A stretch of 64,000 nt of DNA from Piromyces finnis finn (Eukaryota > Fungi > Neocallimastigomycota), in assembly GCA_002104945.1 (NCBI GenBank), contig MCFH01000008.1:310001-374000 (forward strand), in the 5' to 3' direction. Each line of letters starts with the position of its first letter. Position 1 is the stretch's first letter. The notes under the pieces are model-generated. The model was not told the origin of the DNA, ran no database searches, and saw only the letters and a list, made by a program, of their open reading frames with translations. A program made the translations under genes and the position numbers. Of this stretch, positions 51,437 to 64,000 are shown piece after piece.

Positions 51437-54400
51437 TAAATTTTTTTGTTTTTCATTTAATATTTTTTTTTAATAATTAAAATTTATTAAAAATATCAAA
51501 ATAATAGTAATATTAATTTCTTTATTAAACCATAAAATGATAGGATTAATATATGGAAAGTTTTTTTTTTTTCTGATGATTTTACTTTTGTACAAAATAA
51601 GTAATCGACCATTCTTTCTTTAGTTTTTAAAAAAAGAAAACTACAAAAAATAATGGCTAATAATATTTATTTTTAGGAAAAAAAAATGCACTTCAATAGA
51701 TTGAACAAATATTATACATCTTTTTTTTTTTTTTCCTTATATAGAATACAACTATTATAAAAAATTCTATTTTTTGAAGATGACTAACTAAAAAAAAAAA
51801 ATAAACAGAAAAATTATTAAATTAAATCTATTAAAAGTTTATTGGGTAAAAATAAACTCATCCATTTAAAAAATTTAGTACTACATTTTATTATAATTAA
51901 AGTTTAATAGCAGTAAAAAAGTGAACAAAAAGACTTTTCAGCTCTAAGTGACCATTATTATTATATATAAAAAGAAGAAGTATACATTACCTCAAACATC
52001 AAAATAGATTATTCATAAAAACTTTTCTTCTTTCCATAGTATGGTTTTTCCTCAAAAAGGCATGCTTTCAATAACTACTTTTCTAAAAAAAAAAAAAAAA
52101 GAAATGATATATTATATTATCTAATTTTTATTTGGAAGTGTCATTATCCTCATTGAATTTTTTTTTTTAACCTAAAATAAATCAATAATTATTTTTTCTT
52201 AAGATTTATACTTTAGATTGATTAATACTATAAAGTAATTAAGAAAAAGAAAAAATGTATTTCTAAAATTAAATAAAAGTTTAATTTTCATTAAAATTTA
52301 AAAAAAAAAAAAAACATTCCATAGTATAACATTGATTCTTTTTATCTTTTTTTTAAAAAAAAATAAAGTGTATATAGGTATATATCGTATATATCTCGTA
52401 TACATCTATTTTAACATTATAAAATTAAAGTATAAAAATTAAAAAAAAAATAATAATTACACATAAATTAGGTACATACATAAATTCTATTATTAATCAT
52501 TTTAGAAAAAAAAATTTTTTATCTTAAACCTCTTCATTACAATCTTATTTTTTATTTTATTATAAAGAAACTTTTTTTGTTTATTAAACATTATAAACAT
52601 TTTTAAAATCTTTCAAATTACCTGTAAAAAATGTTTTTCCTTTTATAAATTAAAAAAGAATAGATAAAAAGTTTATATAGATAATCTTATAAAAAAAAGT
52701 TGATCCTCTATATAAAGTTTTTTTTTTTAAACCCAACTTTATCTATTTAATAACTAATATAAAAAAAAAAAGATATATGAATAGGTTAAAAAAACCGATA
52801 GTTATATTTATTCATTATATTTATTATTAACCTTTTATATTTATTTATTATAATCATTGAACTATAAATAATACCAATATCTTTTTTTTTTTAAAAAAAA
52901 AAAAGTCTTTTTTCATTGAGTTTTCTATTTGATTTGAAAAGTTTTTCCTGGTAATTATATTACAACTCATATATAAAAATATTTTTCCACATATTAAAAT
53001 TTTGTTGGGTCATAATAAAATTTCCAAACACTTTATCCTTTGGAAACAATTAATAATATATTAAAATTGACTGTAATATATTGATAATTAATAATTCATA
53101 TATATACAGAAAATAAATAGTGATAAGATAAAAGAATTATAAAAGATGATTCTACCATCTTCCTCATTACACCTTCATTTTTTGCATATGAAATACTAAA
53201 ATCGCAATACTTTTTCCTTTTTCTTTTAAGTTTTGTAGGTGTAAAAGTTAAAAAATTAGTCTTTTGCTTACTATAATAAAATTTTAGTGACAAAACCTTT
53301 GCTATTCATAGTCTAATAAATATATTTTTTTTAGATTAAAATGGATATTAAAGAAAATTAAGTTTAAATCTTAAATATTATTATTTTTAGTATTTTACAA
53401 TTTTGGAATTTTCCTTTTCTACATCACCAATTTTTATATTTAGGATTGTAGGTTCATTTTTTAATATAACAAATTAATATAAAATAAATTAAAAATAGTT
53501 ATAAATTAATTTATTCATATTTTGAATAGAAGTACAAAAAACAAAAGAACAATAGAAAAAAAAAAGTCAAACCTTGCAGATTAATTAAACCATGTTTTAA
53601 AACAAATTAATTTATTTTATATAAAATGTATCATCATCAATTTCATTTATCCTAGTCGTAGCCTTGTATACAAAAATTTACAAAAAAATGAAATTCTAAT
53701 CATAACAATAATGTTTGGTATCGTAGTACAAAGGTTATAAAAGTGTAGTCATATTAAATATAATATTCATTAATATTAACAATAATAATAACAATGTATA
53801 TAATTAATAATTAGAAAAGTATGTATAATATTAATTAATATTTATATTCATAACCATGTAATATGATAATATTTATAAATAATAATAACTACAATGTATA
53901 AGTAGTATTCATTAAATAGTAATAAATAGTAATAATAAATATAAATTGTCATAACAATGCAGAGTAGTATTAAATGTAACATTTAAATATGATATTAATA
54001 ATCACATAATATTGTATAATAATGTATAACAATGGGGGTGTAACTCTAGATATCTTGTAAAGTATTAAAAATTTTATTATAAACTTTATATCCTTTTGAT
54101 TGTTTATTTTTTAGTTATAATAAAAAAACCTTTTTTTTTGTTTGTTTTTTATTTCTATAATGGTATTAGGAAAGGACTATATATAAAATACTATGCCATT
54201 ATTTATTTATTTTTTTTTTACTTTATAAAATCTTTACAAAATAGTATTCTTTTTCAACTCTAACCCTTAAGTTATATTCATTTTATTTAATTTAAAAAGT
54301 TTTAGATATTAATAAAACTAATAAAAAATAAGAATATTAATAATAATTAATTTAATCGAGGTAGACAACTTTATTTAATAATATATTCTATTTTATAAAA

Positions 54401-57400
54401 ACATCCTCATGATGAAGGATACAAAAAAAAAATTCATTCACTATAAATAAATAAAAAACTTTTTTTATAAATATTATGTATTTTTTATTCATGAGGAATA
54501 AAAGATGAATATTCCTTCCCTATCAAAGATAATGAATGAACCATTTTTAAAACTTTTACTTTTTTCATATTTTATATTTTAGTTTATCAAATTTTTTTTT
54601 CTAATCCTTTTCATTAATTTAAAAGAAAATTTATTTTTCATTTTCTGAATTTTAAATTTTAATTAATTTCTTTTTATTGTATAAAAATGTCATCGAACCA
54701 TCATTTTATTTGTTCAATCTTTAAATTAAAATATTATTATTTAATTTGATAAATAAAAAAAAAAGGAAAGAAAAATAAATGATTTTATTTAATTAAATTT
54801 TAAAAAGAAAAAAAAAATTATAATTATGGAAGGAATTGGTATTTTGAATGTAATTGTTATTATTAATTAGTATTATTAAATAGTATTTTCTATTATTATT
54901 GAATGGTTTTATTTATTATAAAATAGTATAATAGTATATGTTATTAAATATGGAACTATTATTATTAAATAGTATATGTGTATCGCATGTATGGATATAT
55001 TTATTTATTTATAGTTTTATTATTTTGAAATAAATAAAAAAATTAAAATTTATATTATTTAATAATAGGTACTACTATTATCCTAATTCTATGTTAATTC
55101 TATGGTATTTCTTATACCCTATAAATTGATGGTTGATTAATTTTTAATCTACAGGTCATAGATATAAAAAAAATTGGTAAGTAGAATGTTTCATTCAATA
55201 ACACTATTTGCAAGAATGAAATAAAAAAAAAAGCAATGCAAGTAGAGTTTGGCCAAATTAAATCCTGGAAAAAAAAAAAAAAAGGTTAAAAAAAAGAATT
55301 ATAATCATAAAAAAAAAAAAAGTTTAATTTTTATTTAATTAAAATGAACATAAACTTTATTTATTATAAAAATTGAATTTTTTGATTATTCTATAAATTT
55401 TATAAATTAATAAAAATTAAAATTATTAATTATTATTTTTTTTAATTAATATAAAAAAAAGCTTAATTTTAGAAACTATTTTTTAAAAAAGTAATGTTAT
55501 TCCTAAATACGTTTATTTATCATTTTAAATAAGGAATTGATATAAATTGGTAGGGAAAATCTAGTTGCTTTTTACCTATTCATGATATAATTTACAAGTA
55601 TTAAAAATATTAAATTTATCAAGTATTGATCTATCTACTATTGTTAATATTATCTTTTTTTTTTTTTATTTATTTTTAAAAATCAAATACACACTACACT
55701 TTTTATTGTTAAGTAATTTTTTTTATTGTTATTAATTGACAGTTTCATCTTTAAATTAAATTATTCATAAAATAAATTAATAATTTATAATTTAATAAAT
55801 ATCTTATAGAACATATATTATTAATATATTGTATAGTAAATAATATATTGAAAATGTATTGAAAAATTTTATAGCCATTCAATGAATACTTTAATTTCTT
55901 TAATAAAATGTCACTTTTATAAAGTTTTATAAAAAGGAATAACAGTAGTAGTAGAGGCGCCTTTTGAATCTAATCAATATATTCCATTTTAAATGAATTC
56001 TTAATACAACACAAAAAATAATCATGACTTTTTTTATCCATAGTATTTAATATTTTTATTAGTATCATTCTAATATAGAATATAGAATGGTATTATATAT
56101 TTTTTAATTATGAAATAAACAAAAAGCCTTTTTCTAAAAAAAAAAATTATGATAAAAAGTACATATCTTTACCTGAAACAAAAATAGAGTCGTTTGTAGC
56201 TCTATTCTATAATTAATTTAAATTTAGTGTTCTTTTTTTATTTTATTTATTTTAATTAAAAATGAATTTTTCCTATTTGTTCTTTAAAAATATTAATTTA
56301 ATAAAGTGATAATATTTTTTTTTTATTTATTAAAAATATTCTTTTTTAAGCTATTACTATTTATGATTCTATGAAACAATTCAAGCCTTTTTAACTAAAC
56401 GAATAAAAAGCAAGGAATATCCATTTAAAAAGTATTTTTTTTTTTAAAAAATATATTAATCATTTATAAAAAAAAAAAAAACTTTATTAGTAGTAATAAA
56501 ATTAGCATTAAGAAAAAAAACCATTTCCATTTCCCAAATTTATTAATAAAAAATTAATTTTTTAATTTTAATAAACCAATAAATTAAATGGAAAAACTCT
56601 AATTATTATGGTAGAAAGGTGATTTGTATATGCATTAAATTACCTTTGAATGATTCATAACTTTTTTTTAAAGAAAAAAAAAAGTTTTTTATTTTATAAA
56701 ATAGGTTTAATCTAAGCCTCGTTATTCTTTTATTATTACTTTAAAAAAAAAAGAATTTTTTTTAGTGTATTTTATTCCAAACATTGATACATTAATTAGA
56801 CTTTTTATTTTGTAGGTAGGTCTTGTTCTATCTTGTTACATTTTAGTTTTTGAAAATTTAATTTTTTTCTCTTTGTGCAACACATCAGAAATCCTCTCCT
56901 ATTTTATTATTGTATTATTTATTATCCTTCATTATTGGATTTCACATCCTTATGGAAAAATGTCTTTCTGAATCTGCACCACTTTCACAAAAAAAAAGAA
57001 ATTATCGAATAGTGATAAAAAGATTAAAAATAATCCAATCATCATTATAATGGAATGATCAGATAGTATAATCATTTTTTGTTTTATTTCTTTACAACAA
57101 TATTAATTAGTTTAAGGGTAACTGTTTTTTTTTATTATATTTTTATTCTATTTTGAAATAGAAATTATAATAAATAATAAAAAAAAAAAAAAAGAATTTA
57201 AAAGTAATAGTACAATATAGGTGTATGACGTGAATATAAAAGTATATGTGTTGATTAATTCCTTAATTCTTTTACTACTACAGCATAATCTATAGGATAA
57301 TAAATTAAATTTATATAAAATAAAGTTTGTTTTTTTTTCTTTAATATGCGAAACATTATTTTTAATTTTTTTTTTTTTATTAAATATTAAAAAAATTCAA

Positions 57401-59807
57401 TATTTCCTTTCTAGCTTCAAGCATAGAAAATTTGGCATTTAAAATTAATTAATGAAATGTCCTACTATTAAAATTAATAAATAGAATAACCTATCAATTT
57501 TTAGTATTATTAAAAAAGATAATACTAACAAAATAACAAAACTGAAAACAAATTTCATTCTTTGAGTGTTACTTTTTTTTTTTTTTTGATTATAAATGAA
57601 AATCCAAATAATAGCATACAATGAAAAGCATACTATGAATGATATACTAATAAACAAAAATAAACACAAAAAAATAATATACGATAAAAGACATAATAAT
57701 GGTCATAATAATAAACCTACGAGTGATAATAACATAAAATAATAAAACATAGAAATGAATAATTAAATGATATGAATCAAAATAATAATTAAATTAAATT
57801 AATCATGACATTGACATAGTAATAAAATACTTTTTTAATAATATATAATTACTTTACAAAGTATAATGTAATATATATTGTAATTAATTTTATAATATAT
57901 ATTTATTTGGTAATTTTAATAAACGACTAGATAAAAATGGAAACAATTTTTTTTAATTACTATTATTCCAATGATAGAGCAAAAGACGAAAAATATAGGT
58001 AATCATTAGGCTACTATAAAATTGATATGATTTATTTACAATTTATTTATAAAAAAGATAGTTTTTTTTTTAAAGATTATAGATATAAAAATTAAAGGAT
58101 TTTTTATTTTATAAATAATGATAATATAAACTTTTTTTTTTCTTAAATGCACCATTTTTTTTATTCTAAATTCAAAATTCAAAATTCAAAATTTTCAAAA
58201 TATGAAATTTTAAATTAATTTATCAATATATTAATTATAAATTGAAATGTTTATTATTATATGTAACATTCTATTTAATATATGAATTATATATCATTAA
58301 TATATACATTAATATAAATTATTGTCTTATCAATATCAAAACAATGTATATTTAATATATTATAATATATTAGTAATTGAAAAGGATTTCTTTAAAAAAA
58401 GGTGAGTGCTTGACAACGCAAAGCACAATTTTGTTGAATAAAAAAAAAACGAATAGAAATTAATTCTTATATATTCAATAATAATATGTTATTTTCTATA
58501 GTATGATAACAAAAGACTTTTTCTTTTTGGTTCAAATTGTATTATAAAAAAATTTTTAATCCATGCTGAGATATCAAAAAAAATAATAAATTTTTTGAAT
58601 TGATCTCATTCCTAATATAAAAAATAAGATATTATGAATAATAGTATGAATACTTAACAAATAGGAAAAGCTTAAAAAGCCTTAAAAATAAAAGCATATT
58701 TTTCTCAAAAAATCTCCAAATCTAAACCAATAGAATAAATTTTATCATTTAGTAATTTTCCCAAAACATATTTTTTTTTTATTATTAATTTAGTAGGTGG
58801 TAGAAGTTGATATACGTTACACAGAGAAAACTAATATTCCATGAGTATTTCATAGGTGAAACAATAAACTATTAATATGTAATATAGTATAAAAAAAATG
58901 TGAATATACATACAATATTAAAGCATGAATATAAAGTGTGAATACATGAATACAAATATACTATTAATATTTATATAAATAAAATATAAATAAAATATGT
59001 AATGAGTAATCACAAATAGATGCATATAGTTTGACACAAGTTGTAGGTTATCGGACGCTTAATTTTTATATCAAAATAAATGTATTCTGCATTTTTTTTT
59101 TTTTTATAGTATACATATATACAATAGTAAATATTAAAAATAGAATTATATAAAATTTAATATAGTATTAGGATAATTGCATCTTTTATGAATAGTACAA
59201 TTCAGCTTTATTAGGGAAAACAAATAAATAAACAAAAAAAAAAAAAAAATGGATGTTGTTCTAAAAGAAATACTTCAATGATGACGAGTATTTTTTAGTA
59301 TCCTATGTACCCAATTTATTCTACCAACAATGAATAAAAGTAGAAAACCTCCCAAGTATCCAATTTATTGAAATAAATAGCAAACTTAAATTACTCAAAA
59401 AAAGTTTTTAATTGATATTATACATAATATACCATAACCTAAAATAATTTTAATATCATAATCTATTAGCTAAAAAATCTTTAATATACTACACCATAAT
59501 CTATTAACTAAAAAATCTCGTGTTTTTTTTTTTCTTAATTAAAAAAAAAGTGAATACTTTTGTTATTAAAAAAAAAACTTTTGTCTTTTTCTTAATGAGT
59601 ATATATCTATTGTCTGTATAGTAGTCATGCTGAATTTATTATACTTTAGGCATTCTATGGTGGGTTGAAACCTTTGAAAAAATAAGCAAATAGGAACAAT
59701 TTTTAAAGTTTCATTAAAATGATACAGTAATGATAGTGATGATATTTATTGTTATTCTTATGGTCATTATTGTTATTATAATTACTCATGACTATTATTT
59801 ATTTATT

Positions 59808-59811
59808 TATA

Positions 59812-59897
<86 letters not shown>

Positions 59898-59898
59898 T
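59808..59898. repeat. (TCTA)n-(TTTA)n compound microsatellite
   Basis: Tetramer array read directly. Confidence 0.85.
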
Positions 59899-62083
59899 AG
59901 GTTATAAGATGCCTATTTTTTTTTAAATAACACTGTATAGTACACTTGTTAATTTATTTTTAATTTTAAATAAAAAAAATTAATAAAATTTGTTCTATAA
60001 TTAACATTTTTTTAAAAATTTTTAGGTTAAATGTTCAATAGGAATTTTGTAGGAATAATGATATGATTTTTTTTTTTCTTATTCATTAGATAACTATTTT
60101 TTTTAATATTATTCATTCATTTCATTTAAAATTAATTAAATTTAAACACCGTTCAATAATGGTTAGTTTTTTTTTTTGAGGGTAGATGAATTAAAAAAAA
60201 AAAAAGGTTAAAATAAATCAAAAAAAAATTTTGAGTATTTTTACTTAATATAGTAATGCATGTAAAATTATAATAAATAAAGTCTATTTGAAAATAGACT
60301 TCCTAAAATTTATGTAATTTATGAATACCTATCGTCTATGCATTGTAATGTAATGTTTATCGATTATAAAAAAAAAATAGATATTCAATACCAGTTTGAA
60401 AGTATATTGTAGTAATAAAGTGTAGCAATAAACATAATAAACAATAAATATGATGCTAATTAAAAATAACAATAATAATAACAGTAGTATTTAATAAATA
60501 TAGTATTTCTATATAAATAATAATGACTATTATACCATTTAATATATTTATATTATTTGTATATTCTTAGTATTATTAAATACTGTAATTGTTATTATTG
60601 ATTATTAAATATATTAAATATCATAATTGTTATTATTCTAATTATTATTTTATGGAAAAAAATAATTCATAATATATGGAATAATATATTATGAATGATT
60701 CTTCAATTTATTTTTATAGTTTCATCAATGGCTTGTATACTTTGCAAATTAATGGATAATACATGGTACAGATAGTATATAATAAAGTTTATTAATTATT
60801 AAACTTTTTCATTAGAGGATGAAAGAATCCTCTATATTTATATATTCTATAAATTTTAATTATATTCTTAATCTATGATGATAATATAATTTTTTCAATT
60901 TTATCATATATTATAAATTATTCTTAAATACTTTAATTGAATAATTAAAAAATATTAATTTCCATTTCATTTTAGAATAGTTTTAATCAATGGTTTAAAT
61001 ATATTATAAATATATTTATCCATACTTTTTAATATAATATAATATATTAAAGTATATTAAATATAAAAAACTTTTGAATCATTTTATTAAAATTGAAGTT
61101 TAATTCCATATTAAAATTTTATATAATAAAAATTTTTAAAAAATAAAATTAAATTAAAAAAAATGTATTAGGGAAAAGTTTGCAAATTAAAAAAAGAATT
61201 TTTTTTTGAATGGTAAAAACGTAAAAAGTTAATGCCTTACTAATAATAAATACATAAAAAATAAATAAATACATAAAAAAATAATAAATAATAAATAATA
61301 TTAAATTATATCAAATAAATAATAGCAAATATAAATTCATAAAATAAAATAAATAGGATTAAATTTTAATAAATAAATAGATAATACATTAATATTAAAT
61401 TTTATTATTAAATTGAAAATTAAAAAATTGAAATTTAAAAAAAAAAAAAACCTATAAATAGTTAACAATTTCTTTTCAAAAAAATAGTTTTTTCTTGCAA
61501 AGTCAATTTATTCTTTTTTTTTTTTTTTTTTTTAAAAAAAAATATATATCAATTTAATAGTTTTTGTTAAAAAAAAAAAAGTTTTAAATTCGTATTGTAA
61601 AGAATTTATTATTTTTTTTTATTATTATTATTACAAGAAATAAATAAATAATAATTGTAAATTATAATTCTAAACTAGTATTATAATAATTATTATTTTA
61701 TATAGTTATATATCGAAACTATTTATTAAATAATGTATTAAAAAATAAATTCTTATTTTAATATAATTCGAATGATATATTCTAATAAAACTATTTATTT
61801 TTTTTCGAAATAAATCATTTACCCATTATAATTGTGAATATTATTTATTACTATTATTTTTTTCTAACAAAAAAAAATAATAAAATTATATTACTAAAAT
61901 AAACAATGATAAACTGTTAAAACCTATTTTATACTAGAGAATCAATATATAAAACAAAACACTATTATTTCTTTTACAATTAAAATAATATATATACAAA
62001 TATAATTATTTAATTTAAAAAAAAAATTATTCATTTCACTTTCTGGCAGAGTATATTATAATTTAAAAAAAAAAAAATAAAAA

Positions 62084-64000
62084 ATGGCTTCTAATAGTTC
62101 TAGTTTAGTAACACTTTCAGCATCACCGGTTTCATTAAAAGTAAATGAAACTCTAACAACAAAACCTCATGAAAATACAAAAATAGAAAATTCAACTGGT
62201 TGTCTATACCCTACTTATAAAAGAAAACAACCACAAAATTTAAAAATTAGAACAGATGTAGCTAAATATCATAAGAAGACTAGTTCTGTATACCCAATGA
62301 TAAATCAAACATCAGCTACTGAAAAATCAAAAGTAAAATCAAACAATAACCCAAAAACTCTGTCCCATAAACAAGATATAGAAAAAATTATGGAAAATAC
62401 AAATTTAATATGTTCATTTTTAAAAACAATTTGTGTTGATATGCCAGTGGATGAAGAAGATTATATGTATGGTTTACCAAGTCCAAATTTAGAAAGAGAA
62501 GAAGAAAAAAGAGAAAGAGGGGAATCTCAAAAAATGAAAAAACCTGCCTCACTTGAAAATTTTGTTGCCAATGTTCTTAATCGTACAAAATTAAATGATA
62601 TTTTTGTTCATATTGCCCTTCTCTACGTTCATAAATATTTAAATCATAAAAGGAAAAGAGAAGAAGCTAGAAAAAGGGAAGCATATCGCTTAGCAAAGCA
62701 ATATGCTTTATTATCCAATAAAGTAACCTACTGTAAATGGAATGAATTTGGTAAAAGAAAAACATACAGCTCAAAGAATGTATCGGGTAGATTGGTCTCT
62801 CATTCAAAATGTCATCATACTATTTCTAAAAATGATACCAAAATAAAGATTTCTAAACCCTCATTAAAGTATATTTTACAACAACAACAGCATCAACAAC
62901 GACAACAACAACCATTAAAATATACTGCTCAAACCATTATAGGAAAAAAGAACGAAAATATTGTTGAACCAGTTGGTCTTCCAAAGGAATCTTTAATAAA
63001 AACTCAAAAAGATTTAATCTTTGCAGCAATGATTTGTTCCTCAAAATATCTTGATGATAATTCCTATTGTAATTCTGCTTGGGTTAAACTTACCGACAAA
63101 AGTTTAAAAGAAGTTTTTGCCTTAGAAAGAGAATTCTTAATGTCTATTAAATATGAGCTTTACTTTACCAATGAAGAATGGAAGGAATGGTTTACCTGGA
63201 TTTCGCGTTTCAAGGTATTATTAGATTCTGGTATGACCACTGGAACAATGGATGAAAGAAACAAAAACTCTCCAAGTTGTATGGTTTCTGTTCCATCTCA
63301 ACCTTTCTCTTCTTCTCCTAATTTACCTTATGCTAACACTAGATACACCATTGATAATAGTTTGTTACCTTCTCCAGTAGATATTCCTTCCTCCTATTCT
63401 ACTGCTCATTTCTTTGACAAAGAATTAGAAAAGGAGGTTAGATCATATCATTATCTTGTTTCCAACAATCCTTTTATGCCATCATTATCTACCGTAGCGA
63501 CCTTTGCTGATTGTATTTCACCTCATCATCAACAACCCATGATGCCTTACCATAGAGCCTATCGTGCTCCAAAACTTGAACAATGTCCAGTATACCTTCT
63601 TAGTCCATCCTTTACTAAATATGATCACTATGAAAATTGTTGTCCAATGGATTATTGTAAAGTACCACCACCACCATCACACCATAGAAATAGAGAAAGA
63701 ATGACTTATCCTATCACAAAAAAGATTCATTCCTCTAGTTACTTACCTATACCTACTTTAAATCAAGATCATTATGTTCATTCCTATCTAATAAATTCAG
63801 TGGATACTTCCTTAATTTCTCAAGCTCAAAATTCACCTATTGATTTCAGTGAAATACAAAAATTAACAGAACAACAAAATATTACCTTTAAAAAACCAAT
63901 CTTACCACCATCATGTACCTCTTCTTCCCCCTCCCATCCTTTTGATCTTGTCAATATGAAATATACATCTAAAAACACTTGCCCTTCAACCTCTGGTTTA
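62084..64000 (+). CDS. Pho85-type (PCL/Clg1-like) cyclin, intronless so far, 3' end beyond the window
   Basis: The frame is open from ATG 62084 to the window end (639 codons), which likely explains its absence from the ORF track. Cyclin box segments are SLENFVANVLNRTKLNDIFVHIALLYVHKY and DLIFAAMICSSKYLDDNSYCNSAWVKLT..VFALEREFLMSIKYELYFTNEEWKEW, followed by a Ser/Pro-rich tail. Confidence 0.85.
   Translation, partial: MASNSSSLVTLSASPVSLKVNETLTTKPHENTKIENSTGCLYPTYKRKQPQNLKIRTDVAKYHKKTSSVYPMINQTSATEKSKVKSNNNPKTLSHKQDIEKIMENTNLICSFLKTICVDMPVDEEDYMYGLPSPNLEREEEKRERGESQKMKKPASLENFVANVLNRTKLNDIFVHIALLYVHKYLNHKRKREEARKREAYRLAKQYALLSNKVTYCKWNEFGKRKTYSSKNVSGRLVSHSKCHHTISKNDTKIKISKPSLKYILQQQQHQQRQQQPLKYTAQTIIGKKNENIVEPVGLPKESLIKTQKDLIFAAMICSSKYLDDNSYCNSAWVKLTDKSLKEVFALEREFLMSIKYELYFTNEEWKEWFTWISRFKVLLDSGMTTGTMDERNKNSPSCMVSVPSQPFSSSPNLPYANTRYTIDNSLLPSPVDIPSSYSTAHFFDKELEKEVRSYHYLVSNNPFMPSLSTVATFADCISPHHQQPMMPYHRAYRAPKLEQCPVYLLSPSFTKYDHYENCCPMDYCKVPPPPSHHRNRERMTYPITKKIHSSSYLPIPTLNQDHYVHSYLINSVDTSLISQAQNSPIDFSEIQKLTEQQNITFKKPILPPSCTSSSPSHPFDLVNMKYTSKNTCPSTSGL

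Noticed and set aside
54087-54422. ATATCCTTT (54088, plus) and GTATCCTTC (about 54414-54422, minus) as U12 donor sites
   Set aside because: Not within any supported gene, and no matching branch or acceptor context.
57445-57760. Hydrophobic minus-strand ORF extendable through a TGA, suggesting a UGA=Trp code or a membrane protein
   Set aside because: T-rich strands give F/L/I/Y by chance, an upstream TAA also interrupts the frame, and every real gene in the window uses the standard code.
58400-58436. VLDNAKHN as a Tc1/IS630 DDE motif
   Set aside because: His spacing differs from DNAxxH, the frame is closed on both sides, and no other transposase motif is nearby.
54404-59290. ATGATGA box C motifs at about 54409 and 59278 as C/D snoRNAs
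   Set aside because: No CTGA box D within a plausible distance and no guide sequence recognised.

Overview
Extremely AT-rich, intron-rich eukaryotic DNA. It most likely comes from an anaerobic gut fungus (Neocallimastigomycota). This is inferred from the near-pure A/T intergenic DNA, fungal-type AKR1, HOM6, MVD1 and PCL-cyclin genes, and the ciliary gene TMEM107, which implies flagellated zoospores. I spliced 16 protein genes by hand: RPB12, eIF3i, AKR1, an orphan Asn-rich gene, ARMC7, HOM6, SART3/PRP24, TMEM107, MVD1, an intronless bacterial-like alpha/beta hydrolase, PTH1, RPN7, SmG, eIF1A, RPP2 and an MPD1/P5-type PDI. A 17th, a Pho85/PCL-type cyclin, runs off the 3' end of the window. The window also holds tRNA-Ser(CGA), a decayed LINE 3' fragment with a CCHC zinc knuckle, two very long microsatellites and a 13.7 kb gene desert. 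There is no CRISPR array, rRNA or intact transposon, and I did not find a clear multi-gene novel system. The best leads are a bacterial-type Pth1 with an altered active-site motif and no presequence in a lineage whose hydrogenosomes have no genome, a probable horizontally acquired hydrolase, the minor-spliceosome factor ARMC7, a structured GC-rich island that may be an ncRNA, unusual exon architecture (split start codon, ATG-only exon, 11-nt microexon), and decayed coding sequence in two oversized first introns. All protein identifications rest on recalled motifs, not database searches.
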